Assembly: GCA_963836075.1 (NCBI GenBank)
Contig: CAWIIB010000009.1
Span: forward strand, 1,792,001-1,856,000
DNA from: an uncultured Acidobacteriota bacterium
Lineage (GTDB): Bacteria > Acidobacteriota > JAQAZP01
Length of the DNA: 64,000 bases
Direction: 5' to 3'
The position numbers and the translations under genes were made by a program. Shown piece after piece: positions 19,468-29,579 of the stretch (its first letter is position 1; every line of letters begins with the position of its first letter). The notes under the pieces were generated by a model that did not search any database, was not told the DNA's origin, and saw only the letters and a program-made list of their open reading frames with translations.

Positions 19468-21969
19468 ATGGAATCCGAAACAGGTGTCTGGTCCGGCTGG
19501 CAGGAAACACCCATATCCCAGGGCGAGATCGATATCAGTCTCGTCGAGGACCGGCTGGCGGAATTTCTGGGTCGCTACGGCGAGAAGAGCGTCGTCGGGC
19601 CGCGGCTGGCCGAGGTGCTGGGCCCGGGCGACGGCGAGGAGCGCCTGGCGCGGCTGATCGCGGCCTGCGGGTTCGAGGACCGGTCCGAGGCCTTTATCCG
19701 CACGGTTCTCGACCAGTTGAGCCGGACGTCGCCCCAATCCGTGGCGGACATCCGCCTGGGGGCCATCGTCCTGCCGCAGGAGATCCTGCTGCTCTTCCTC
19801 GAGGAGCTGCTGCCGGGCTCAGGTTTCGTCAACGTCCGCGAACTGGAGCACTATGAGGCTCTCTGCAACATCACGGTCCCCGATGAAGAGCGCGACCGCA
19901 TCCGCCGGGTGCTCCGCGAATACCCGGTGCGGCTGTCCCACCACACGCTGCGCCAGGTCCGGCTGTCCGAGGGAATCGGCTACCAGTACCTTCCCTTTGC
20001 CGACGAACTCTCGGAGGAGGGGCAGGTCCACACCTGGATTGGCCAGTTCCACCAGGGCGTGGTCGAGCAGATGTACGACAACCGGGTCATCATGGTGCTC
20101 CACATGAGCTGTCCGGTCTACTGCCGCTTCTGCTTCCGCAAGCACAAGGAGACTCGGGAACAGCTGCCGCCCACCATGGAGGACATCGACGCGGCGCTGG
20201 GCTACATCGCGGGCAACGACCACATCAGAGAGGTCGTGCTCACCGGCGGCGAGCCGCTGATGAACCGCAAGACGGTGGAGCAGTCGATCTACGGGCTGGC
20301 GCGCATCCCCCACATCGAGACCGTGCGCCTCGCCGCCCGCACCATCTCCTACCACCCCCAGATGCTGCGCCGCCGCAACGAGTTCTGGATGCGCTTTCTG
20401 ATCAAGGCGCGAGAGGACCTGGCGGTGGTCGGCAAGCACCTCGAGGTGGCCGGGCACTACATCCATCCGGACGAGGCGTCCATCGCCTCGCTCGAGGTCA
20501 TCGCCGAACTGGCACGAAACGGCATCCCGGTCTACGTCCAGACGCCCTTCCTCGCCGGCTGCAACGACGACGGCGAGGTCCTGGCCCGGCTCTATCACGA
20601 GCTGCGGCTGCGCGGGGCGGAGATGCACTACATCTTCTTCCCCTGCAGCGCGATCAAGGGGAACCGCCGCTACTGGAGCCCGATCGCGGCGGCGTTGCGC
20701 GCCGGCAACGAGTTGCGGGCCCTGCTCTCGGACCGGGCGATCCCTCACCTGACCACGGCGACCAGGATCGGCAAGATCGACTGGCTGACCAGCGGCTGGG
20801 CGGTGGAGCGCGACGAGGCGGACACCGCCTTCATCTGGATCCGGACACCCTACACCCGGCAGTACTTCTCCCAGTTCGTCGAGGCCGTGGAAGAGATCGA
20901 CGGTGTGCGCGAGAACGCGGACGGCATGCTCGAGGCGCGATTCATGGCCGATATCGGCGACGAGGCGCTCTTCGTCCGGCCCCGGGTCGAACTGCCGGAT
21001 GTCGACCAGGTGGACGACGAGGACCTGCCCTACGACGAGGAGCAGATCGCCGAGCTTTACGACTACCTGCCTGATATCGGACCCGATATCGTCTCCAGCG
21101 GCCTCGAGAAGCTCTGCCGCGTGCACCGCACCCGCGTCGAGCTGCGCGTGGATTGCGACGACGGGCAGCTCGGGCGGATCGTCGACTACGTGGCGGCCCA
21201 CCCGGCGATCACCGATGCCGTGCTGCGCACCGATACGCCCCTGCCGGACTCCCTGGACGAGATCGAACGCGCCGTCGCCGCCCTGCGAGCCGGCACCGAC
21301 GTGCGGTCGTTCCGGATGCGCAGCCGCATCTTTCACGAGGAGCCTTTGCTCTACGACGCCTCGGTGGTGGAGCGCTATGCGGCCCTGCAGAACCTCGACG
21401 TGGCCGACCCCGTGCGTTTCGAACTGGAGACGCTGGTGCTGAGCGCGGACCAGCTCGACGACAGCCACCGCCGGGTCGTGGAAAGCCTGCACCAGAACGG
21501 CGTGACCATCTATCTCAACAGCTGCCTGCTGCACAACGTCAACGACAGCGCCGCCGCGATGCGGGCGCTGTCGTCGAAGTGCCGCCGTTTCGGTTTCGAG
21601 TTCCACCACCTCTATGTCGCCGGCGCGCAGACCCAGCGTCGCTGGAACGCCGGACGGCCGGTGGACCTGGACACGATCATCGGCATCGCCACCGAGCTGC
21701 GCCGCACCGGCAGCGGCCGCGAACTCCCCCGCCTGATCGTCTCCACCGAACTGGGGGAGGTGGATTTCGGCCCGGGTTGCCACATCCGCCCCGGTCCCGC
21801 GCGCGGCACGGCGGAGATCACGCTGTGGCCCTACACCTTGGACTACTTCCGGGCCATGGACCCCGCCTTCGAGTGGCCGGAAGGGGTCCGCGAGGACGGG
21901 GGGTACCCGGTGGTCACCACGCCCGGGCTGCGCTGCAGGCACAGCTGGGGACCGCCGCGGCGCCCGTAA
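19468..21969 (+). CDS. KamA-family (lysine 2,3-aminomutase-like) radical SAM protein with a degenerate second domain
   Basis: YPVRLS, CPVYCRFCFRK, EVVLTGGEPL and QTPFLAGCND; the C-terminal half repeats the pattern without the Cys motif. Confidence 0.8.
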   Translation: MESETGVWSGWQETPISQGEIDISLVEDRLAEFLGRYGEKSVVGPRLAEVLGPGDGEERLARLIAACGFEDRSEAFIRTVLDQLSRTSPQSVADIRLGAIVLPQEILLLFLEELLPGSGFVNVRELEHYEALCNITVPDEERDRIRRVLREYPVRLSHHTLRQVRLSEGIGYQYLPFADELSEEGQVHTWIGQFHQGVVEQMYDNRVIMVLHMSCPVYCRFCFRKHKETREQLPPTMEDIDAALGYIAGNDHIREVVLTGGEPLMNRKTVEQSIYGLARIPHIETVRLAARTISYHPQMLRRRNEFWMRFLIKAREDLAVVGKHLEVAGHYIHPDEASIASLEVIAELARNGIPVYVQTPFLAGCNDDGEVLARLYHELRLRGAEMHYIFFPCSAIKGNRRYWSPIAAALRAGNELRALLSDRAIPHLTTATRIGKIDWLTSGWAVERDEADTAFIWIRTPYTRQYFSQFVEAVEEIDGVRENADGMLEARFMADIGDEALFVRPRVELPDVDQVDDEDLPYDEEQIAELYDYLPDIGPDIVSSGLEKLCRVHRTRVELRVDCDDGQLGRIVDYVAAHPAITDAVLRTDTPLPDSLDEIERAVAALRAGTDVRSFRMRSRIFHEEPLLYDASVVERYAALQNLDVADPVRFELETLVLSADQLDDSHRRVVESLHQNGVTIYLNSCLLHNVNDSAAAMRALSSKCRRFGFEFHHLYVAGAQTQRRWNAGRPVDLDTIIGIATELRRTGSGRELPRLIVSTELGEVDFGPGCHIRPGPARGTAEITLWPYTLDYFRAMDPAFEWPEGVREDGGYPVVTTPGLRCRHSWGPPRRP

Positions 21970-21973
21970 GGAT

Positions 21974-22048
21974 CAGGGGGATTCCTGTCACCTGGCAACT
22001 GTCCAGGTCAGTGTTTCCGGCCGGCGGATACGGCGGCTGGTTGTAGGG
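21974..22048 (-). pseudogene. Orphan 3' fragment encoding PYNQPPYPPAGNTDLDSCQVTGIP
   Basis: Minus-strand translation matches the C-terminus of the 5996-7579 protein; it sits outside any gene, about 20 bp past the stop at 22069. Confidence 0.75.
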
Positions 22049-22068
22049 AAACGGCGCCCTTCATCCAT

Positions 22069-25000
22069 TCAGAACCTTCCTGCCGCCACCACGGTGCCGT
22101 GGGTCAGGTTATGGTCCCCAAAGGCATCCAGCGAGAACCACTCGGTTACCTGGCCCCCATCATAACGATAAACTTTGACCGGCGTGGCCACTGAAGGATC
22201 AGGGCCCGCACCAACCACCATTTCATCGCTCCCGTCGCCGTCCAGATCGGCCCCGGCAAACACATTTGCGCCGTAGCGGGACTCGCCCGGATCCCAGGCA
22301 AAGAAGTTGATCGATGAGATGGCGGTCAGGGATGCACCATCATAGTTCCAGCCACGGACGTGGGCCCCGAACACAGCCCCGGGTCCGGCACCGGTGATGA
22401 TTTCGTCCAGTCCGTCGCTATCAATATCGCCGCAGGTCACGTTCACGCCAAACTTGTTCGTTCCGTAAGCGAGGAAGCTCACGCCCGATATGGGCGTGAC
22501 GGCGACGTTGTCATAGTTCCAGGCACGGACGTGCGGACCGTAAACCGCACCAGGACCGGCGCCGGTGACGATCTCGTCATACCCGTCACCGTCGATATCA
22601 CCGGTGGTCACGTTCACCCCCCACTTGGGAGTGCCGTAGGCGAAGAAGCTCACATCGGACATTGGGCTCACCGAACCACTACCGTCATAGTTCCAACCTC
22701 GGACATGGGGCCCGAACACGGCTCCGGGACCGGCCCCGGTGATGACTTCGTCAAACCCGTCACCGTCGATGTCGCCGCCGGTCACGTTCACGCCAAACTT
22801 GTTGGTTCCGTAGGCCAGGAAGCTGAGGCCAGGCAGCGGGGTTCCGTCAACCCGGAAGCCCCGGACGTGCGGCCCGTACACCGCCCCCGGGCCCGCCCCG
22901 GTGAGGATCTCGTCGAAATCGGTGCTGGTCAGGTGGGCGCAACTCACGTTGACCCCATACTGGGGAACGCCGTATGCGTCGAACTCGTTGATGAAAGCCC
23001 CATCGGGTTCCGGACGAAACAGGCGGACCAGCGGCGGATTGGTCGGGCCGGGTCCCGGCCCCACCGCCAGTTTCGTCAAACCGGTCGCGTTGAGCAGCAC
23101 CGACACGGTGTCGCTCCCCGAGTTTGCCGTAGCCAGGTCGGGCAGACCGTTGTGGTCCAGATCGCCAACGGCCACCCAGAGGGGATCCACACCGGTGCCA
23201 TAGTGCATGTCCGGCTGAAAGGTGCCGTCCCCGTTACCCCGGAAGATATGGAGTTGACCTTGGCTTTCCATGACGAGGATCAGATCCAGCGCTCCATCCT
23301 GGTCCAGATCCCGGGTGACCAGGGAAATAGGCCCAACCCAGGGGGCCACCTGCAGATACTCGGCAGGGAGGAAGGTGCCGTCACCGTATCCCCGAAGGAT
23401 CGCCACACGTGAATCGTTCGCATGAGCCACGGCCAGATCCAGGTGGCCGTCCTGGTCCAGATCTCCCAGGGCCATGGCGACGGGACGCGATCCCACACCG
23501 AAATGCGATTCGACCTGGAAGGTGCCGTCACCACGGCCCAACCAGACGGTGACATCGCCGCTCATCAGGTTCGTCGCGGCCAGGTCGGGCACACCGTCGC
23601 CGTTCAGGTCTCCCACAGCCACGAAATTGGGCGTGTCGCCGGCGTCATAGTCCACGGCGCTCTCGAAAGAACCGTCACCACGGCCCAGGAGGACGGAGAT
23701 GTTGTCACCCCAGTTGTTCGCCGTCACCAGGTCCAGGTTGGTGTCCCCGTCCAGGTCTGCCATGGCCACGGCACTGGCGCCCCAGTCCACCTCGTGGTTC
23801 ACCGGTGGTCCGAAGCTGCCGTCGCCGTTACCGGGCAGGACGGAAACACTTTTCTGCGGCGCGCTGGTCACCGCCAGGTCGAGATCACCGTCCCGGTCCA
23901 CATCCCCCAGGGCCAGTCCCCGGGGCAGCTCAAAGGTGACGAACTGCGCGGCGTCCCTGAACACGCCGTTCCCAAGGCCCATAAGGATGGAGACCGTGTC
24001 CCCCATGGGGTTTGTCACGGCCAGATCGGGGTGACCGTCACCGTCCAGATCGCCGACGGCCACTGATCCGGGGGACACACCGGCCCCGTACTCCGGTGTG
24101 GTTTGAAACGTTCCGTCGCCGAAGCCCGCCAGGACGCAGATACCGCCACCGGTCATGGCCAGATCAGGGTGGCCGTTTCCGTCGATGTCCTCGGCCACGA
24201 TCCCCGTGGCACCTACCGAGGCCGGGAACTGCACCGCGGGCTGGAATGTGCCGTCCCCGTTGCCGGTCAGAACAGCGACATCGTCACTCCACCTGTTCGC
24301 CACGGCCAGATCCCTGGCGCCATCCCCGTTCAGTTCGGCCACGATGACGGAATTTGATCCCTCTCCGGCGGCGTAATTTACCGCGGCCTGGAATGTGCCG
24401 TCCCCGTATCCGAGTTGGATGGAAACCTGGCCGCCCGACAGAAGGGTCACCGCCAGGTCGGTGTGGCCGTCACCGTCGAGATCGTCAAGGGCGATCCCGT
24501 TGGGCTGTACACCGACACCGTGATCTACTGCGCCCTGAAAAGACCCGTCCCCGTTGCCGAAGAGGATCGAGACGGAATCGCTGCTGAAGTTGACCACCGC
24601 CAGATCCAGGAAGCCGTCTTCGTCGAGATCGTCCGCGGCAATGGCAGAGGGCCAATCTCCCACCGCGTAATTCACAGCGCCCTGAAAGGTGCCATCACCA
24701 TTTCCCAGAAGGACGGCGACATCGTCGCTGGCTTTGTTTGCCGCGGCCAGGTCGGGATGACCGTCCGAATCGAAATCAGCCACGGCGATGTACTCCGGGG
24801 TTTCACCGGTGGGATAGGAAACCGCTTCCCGGAACGTACCGTCGCCATTGCCCGGCAGGATCGAAATGTAGTCCCCCCAGGAATTGGCCACCACCAGGTC
24901 GGGGGCACCGTCGCCATCCAGGTCCTCGGCGGTGACAAATACGGGGCGTTCCCCCGCGCCGTAGTGAACGGCCTCCCGGAAGCTCCATCCACCGTCCCCC

Positions 25001-25300
25001 AGCCTGACTGCAACGGTATCCGCATCCCGGTTGGCCGAGGCCAGGTCCGGACGACCGTCACCATTCAGGTCGGCAACGACCACCGAATACGTCGCCTCGC
25101 CAACCGAGGTACTCGAACTGCCCTTCGAACAGAATGGCCGCTTCAGCCGCCTGGGGCATGGCAACATGGGAGAAGATCGTGAAGAGAATCATAGCCGTGA
25201 GAACGGCCAGGATATTGAAGGGGGGAGTGCGGCGTTCGGCGGAAAAGGCAAGCAACCGGGCAAAGCAGACGACGACCGTGAGTTCTGCTCGTGTATCCAT
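22069..25300 (-). CDS. Secreted FG-GAP/VCBS repeat protein; frameshift near 25108
   Basis: About 13 repeats of DLDGDGxPDLAxAN...GxGDGTF plus a C-terminal GAGPGAVYGPHVR repeat module; the signal peptide is in the adjacent ORF 25058-25300. Confidence 0.85.
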
Positions 25301-25596
25301 GAAAAGCCTCTTAATCTTGGATACTAGGTAAAAGGCTGTTCATTCGTCAAGCCGAACTTTGTCTGCACAGTGCCTGATTGGCGGCCATTCTTGAAGCGGT
25401 TCAGAGCTTGCGGATTTCCTAACGCAGGTTCGATGGCTGGCTGCGGAAGCGGCGCTGGTGAAGGTCATCGGGGAATGATAGCCACCTGAATGATCAGATG
25501 CTCCAATAATCTACACTTTTAGTGTCACACCTGCTATGGTGAGTCAATAGAGTCAATAGTATGTGGGGAGGAAACGAGGATACGCCCGACATCAGG

Positions 25597-26085
25597 CCCG
25601 ATATCGTCTCCAGCGGCCTCGAGAAGCTCTGCCGCGTGCACCGCACCCGTGTCGAGCTGCGCGTGGATTGCGACGACGGGCAGCTCAGGCGGATCGTCGA
25701 CTACGTGGCGGCCCACCCGGCGATCACCGATGCAGTGCTGCGCACCGATACGCCCCTGCCGGACTCCCTGGACGAGATCGAACGCGCCGTCGCCGCCGAG
25801 CTGCGCCGCACCGGCAGCGGCCGCGAACTCCCCCGCCTGATCGTCTCCACCGAACTGGGGGAGGTGGATTTCGGCCCGGGCTGCCACATCCGCCCCGGTC
25901 CCGAGCGCGGCACGGCGGAGATCACGCTGTGGCCCTACACCTTGGACTACTTCCGGGCCATGGACCCCGCCTTCGAGTGGCCGGAAGGGGTCCGCGAGGA
26001 CGGGGGGTACCCGGTGGTCACCACGCCCGGGCTGCGCTGCAGGCACAGCTGGGGACCGCCGCGGCGCCCGTAAGGATCAGGGGGA
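25597..26085 (+). pseudogene. Near-identical direct copy of the kamA-like 3' end (21082-21981) with a 411-bp in-frame deletion
   Basis: Matches 21082-21282 joined to 21694-21981; TCGCCGCC/TCGCCACC microhomology at the junction. Confidence 0.9.
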
Positions 26086-26147
26086 CCGCCACACGACGGC
26101 CCGGTGCAGCTGGACCAGTTCGGCCGGGCGATCGCTCGCTGGGATTC

Positions 26148-26176
26148 TTGACGCCAGGAAAGGAAGTCCCTATCCT
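26148..26176 (+). promoter_or_regulatory. Sigma70-like promoter TTGACG-17bp-TATCCT
   Basis: Canonical spacing; spacer nearly identical to that at 28671-28699. Confidence 0.6.
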
Positions 26177-26285
26177 TTTCCGCATTGGTCTCCGCTGCAG
26201 AAAACTCGGGATTCTCAAATTGTCCGTTATAAAAACCATCTCGGGAAGCTACCACTGGCAAACCGCTGATGCCATCAAGTGGCCT

Positions 26286-27428
26286 GTGACAACCGAAACC
26301 GGCCCAGGTCTGCGCGGCGTCATTGCTTGTGACACACGCGTTAGCTGGCTCGACCCATCCAGCGGACTGCTGATGTATCGCGGCGAACCCGTGGAGCGGT
26401 TGGCGGGGTCGGTAAGTTTCGAAGATGTGGCCTTCTTATTAATCACCGGTGTCCCCGCAACGGTCGACCCCCAGCGCGCCACCGCGTTCGCGCAAAGACT
26501 GCGTTCCAGCCGGGAGTTGCCTCAGGATGTTGTGGCTCTGGTCCGTTCGATCGACCCCGGCGTTCACCCGACACGGATCTTACGCGCCGGTGTGTCGGCC
26601 CTGGGTTGTCACGAACTCTCGGTCACAGATGAACTTTCCGGGTCGAATCACTGGCGTGAGCTGCGCATCGTTGGGCAGGTTGCCGCCCTGGTGGCACTGA
26701 TAGCACGTCATCGCCGCGGGCTCGATCCCATCGCGGTCCCTGCGGACTGCAGCCTTGCCGCGGGCATGCTGCTGGCCCTCACCGGCCGTGAACCGGAACC
26801 CGAGGACGTGCGGGTGCTCGAGATGCTCTGGGTGCTTTACGCCGATCACGGGCTCGACGCGCCGACCTTCACATCCATGATTGTCGCCAGCTGCCACGCC
26901 GATCCGTATTACAACATTGTTGCCGGACTCTCAGCGCTGCGGGGCCCGCTGCTGGGCGGCGCCACCGAGTCGGTGCTTGAGCAGCTGTTGCCGCTGTCCA
27001 CACCCGCTGCTGCCCGCCAGTGGACCCGGCAGACCATCGCCAACGGTGCCCGGATCGCCGGCTTCGGCCACCGCCTGTACCACATGGCCGATCCCCGGGC
27101 GGTCGTGCTGCGCCGCGAGCTGGCCATCAGCGCCCGCCGGCATGGACAATCGAAGCTCTTCGATGTGGCAAGAGCTGTCGAGGAGGAAGCGGGGCGCACT
27201 CTGGCCGCCAGGGGCGTGCACGTCAATATCAATTTCTATGCCGCGCCGTTGTTCCACCTGGTGGGAGCCGAGGCGCCGCTGGTCCCGTGCCTCTATGCGG
27301 TTGGCCGGATGGCCGGTCTGGTGGCGCGCGTGTATGAATCACTCGAGTCGGACCGGCTCTATCGCCCGTTGAGCAACTACGTCGGCCCCGGGACACGGGC
27401 ACTGACCAGCCCTGGGTCATCCTCATGA
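26286..27428 (+). CDS. Citrate synthase family protein with altered catalytic His/Asp
   Basis: GLRGV, LMYRG, ADHG, GFGHRLY and DPR present, but GPLLGGA (not GxxHGGA) and NINF (not NVDF). Confidence 0.85.
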   Translation: MTTETGPGLRGVIACDTRVSWLDPSSGLLMYRGEPVERLAGSVSFEDVAFLLITGVPATVDPQRATAFAQRLRSSRELPQDVVALVRSIDPGVHPTRILRAGVSALGCHELSVTDELSGSNHWRELRIVGQVAALVALIARHRRGLDPIAVPADCSLAAGMLLALTGREPEPEDVRVLEMLWVLYADHGLDAPTFTSMIVASCHADPYYNIVAGLSALRGPLLGGATESVLEQLLPLSTPAAARQWTRQTIANGARIAGFGHRLYHMADPRAVVLRRELAISARRHGQSKLFDVARAVEEEAGRTLAARGVHVNINFYAAPLFHLVGAEAPLVPCLYAVGRMAGLVARVYESLESDRLYRPLSNYVGPGTRALTSPGSSS

Positions 27429-28552
27429 TCGGTAATTCAATAGTGCCGGCCGTGCAGACGTACGGGCAGGGACTGGAGGGGCTGGTCGTGGGCGACACGT
27501 CGATCTCTAATATCGACGGCACCCAGGGCAAGCTGTGGTACCGCGGCTATGATGTCGAAGAACTCGCGCGGAATTGCTGCTTCGAGACGGTCAGCTATCT
27601 GGTGCTCTACGGTGAGCTGCCCAGCGACGAACGCCTCGACGCCTGGCGCCGGGAGCTGGCGCGCTGGCGCGTTCCCCCGAAAAGCGCGCTGGACGCTCTG
27701 ACCCGCGTGCCCGAGGCGGCCCACCCTCTGGCAAAGTATCGAACGATGCTCACTGTGGCGGCGTGTGAAGCCCAGGCCGTAGATGCGTCGAGCGACGATC
27801 TGAACTGGACACGACCGGCTCGCATCCTCTCGTGGTCGTCGAGCCTCGCCGCGGCGGCTGTCCGTCACCTCGATGGTGAAGGACCCGTTCAACCTCGCGA
27901 CGACCTCACCCACGCCGAGGCTTTCCTGTATCAGACCCTGGGACATGTTCCGTCCGAGCCGGAGACGCGGGCATTTGAGGTGTCGCTGATCGTGCAAGCC
28001 GAGCACGGCATTCACGCCGCTGCCCTGGCCGCACTCACCGTCAGTTCAACGGGGGCAGATATGGGCAGCGCGGTGCTGGCGGGCATGGGAGCCCTGTCGG
28101 GGATCCGTCACGGCGGTGCCAATCAACTGGCTTACGAGGCCATGGTGCCGCTGGCCGATGCTGCGGCTGCCAGACAGTGGGTGCGTGCGGGTCTGGAACG
28201 CCGTACGCGTTTCCCAGGTTTCGGACACCGTGTTTACCGCTGTCCCGATCCTCGTGTTCGCGTACTTGAACCGTATGCCGAGGCCTTACTCAGAAGCCAT
28301 GGTCTGGTCGAGCGCTGGGATGTCTACTGCGCACTCAAGAAAGGGGTCGAAGCGGCACTTGGCAGCAAGGGGATTTTCGCCAACGTCGACGGCATCACCG
28401 GTCTGATATACGGCCCGCTGGGTTTGCCGTCGAGCGCATTCCCGATCCCCTTCTGTCTCGCGATTCAAACCGGATGGATGGCCCACTGTCTCGAATATGC
28501 CCCCGGGGGCACCATGCTGGAGCCGGGGGCGGTATATGTTTCGGCACTGTAG
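27425..28552 (+). CDS. Citrate synthase family protein
   Basis: GLEGL, LWYRGY, GIRHGGAN, GFGHRVY, DPR and NVDG; ATGA overlap with the upstream paralog. Confidence 0.85.
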   Translation: MIGNSIVPAVQTYGQGLEGLVVGDTSISNIDGTQGKLWYRGYDVEELARNCCFETVSYLVLYGELPSDERLDAWRRELARWRVPPKSALDALTRVPEAAHPLAKYRTMLTVAACEAQAVDASSDDLNWTRPARILSWSSSLAAAAVRHLDGEGPVQPRDDLTHAEAFLYQTLGHVPSEPETRAFEVSLIVQAEHGIHAAALAALTVSSTGADMGSAVLAGMGALSGIRHGGANQLAYEAMVPLADAAAARQWVRAGLERRTRFPGFGHRVYRCPDPRVRVLEPYAEALLRSHGLVERWDVYCALKKGVEAALGSKGIFANVDGITGLIYGPLGLPSSAFPIPFCLAIQTGWMAHCLEYAPGGTMLEPGAVYVSAL

Positions 28553-28670
28553 GCGGGAAAAAGGGACTTGACCCGGGATGGCAGGGAACGCGCCTGGGCG
28601 TGAGCACGGTTGTTCCCCGGGCCGCCGGGGTGGACTGTGGATAACGAATGGCGGAGGCGGGGCAAAATCG

Positions 28671-28699
28671 TTGACGCTGGGAAAGGAATTCCCTACACT
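28671..28699 (+). promoter_or_regulatory. Sigma70-like promoter TTGACG-17bp-TACACT
   Basis: Canonical spacing; 22/25 identical to 26148-26172. Confidence 0.6.
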
Positions 28700-28772
28700 T
28701 TGGCCGCACGCCGGAAAACGAGTTGATGGTCCGCTGTGACATGGAGTGCGCCCGAATCAGATGTTGGATCAA

Positions 28773-29579
28773 ATGAGACTGCTGCACGGGCCGGCAACGG
28801 CTCTGATCTTCTGCATGGTCCTGGCCGGCTGCCAGGATAGGACTCCGCAGGATGTGGAGCTGGAGCTTCCGCCACCCGAACTCTTCACCTGGACCACGGG
28901 ACAGCCGGTCTCCTTCTCGCCACCGCCGGATACCTGGAATCGCTCCCGATACCAGAACGGCGGGGCGGAGGGCGCGAGCTACGTCCTGGCCGGCTCCAAA
29001 GGCGAGCAGATCCTCGTCGCCGAGCGCTTTTTTCTGGGCCGGCGCGATCGCTGCGCGAAGCTGAAGGAGATCCTGGAGAAGATGCAGGACTACGACCGTT
29101 CCAGCTTTGTTAGCGCCGTCGGCATGGCGCGGCTTTACGATCGCGAACCCTATAATGGCCATGAGAAACGAACCGTCGCCGCGGTCAACGAAACCCTGGA
29201 ACGGGCCAATGAAGCATTCCAGCAGGCGGACACCACGGCGGCGCGTTTGGATCTGGAGTGGGCACTGGAACAGGCCGCCACGATCCGATACACCGTGGAG
29301 GAAACGGTGGAGGAGGTCCTCTTTACCCGCGAGAAGAACACGGTCTACCCGGCGCTCCGGGTGGACGAGCCAGTCCCGGGCGAGGTGGCTGGTGAGCGGG
29401 CGCTGGTGGTGGGCTTCACCTTCCAGGGTCACGGAACGCCGATGGTCGGGCGCAGAGTCTACGTGGTGAAGAACAACCGCATGTTCGAGTTCGGCTTCCA
29501 GGGCCTCCAGGGGAACCTGGCGCTGTTCGAAAAGGTCCTCGATTCGGTGACCTTTCCGCCGGGAGCGTGCGAACATTGA
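28773..29579 (+). CDS. Hypothetical lipoprotein
   Basis: Signal peptide with LAGC lipobox. Confidence 0.65.
   Translation: MRLLHGPATALIFCMVLAGCQDRTPQDVELELPPPELFTWTTGQPVSFSPPPDTWNRSRYQNGGAEGASYVLAGSKGEQILVAERFFLGRRDRCAKLKEILEKMQDYDRSSFVSAVGMARLYDREPYNGHEKRTVAAVNETLERANEAFQQADTTAARLDLEWALEQAATIRYTVEETVEEVLFTREKNTVYPALRVDEPVPGEVAGERALVVGFTFQGHGTPMVGRRVYVVKNNRMFEFGFQGLQGNLALFEKVLDSVTFPPGACEH

Noticed and set aside
25563-26285. N-terminal 240 aa of the 621-aa ORF 25563-27428
   Set aside because: Off-frame read-through of the duplicated kamA fragment; citrate synthase similarity begins near 26286.
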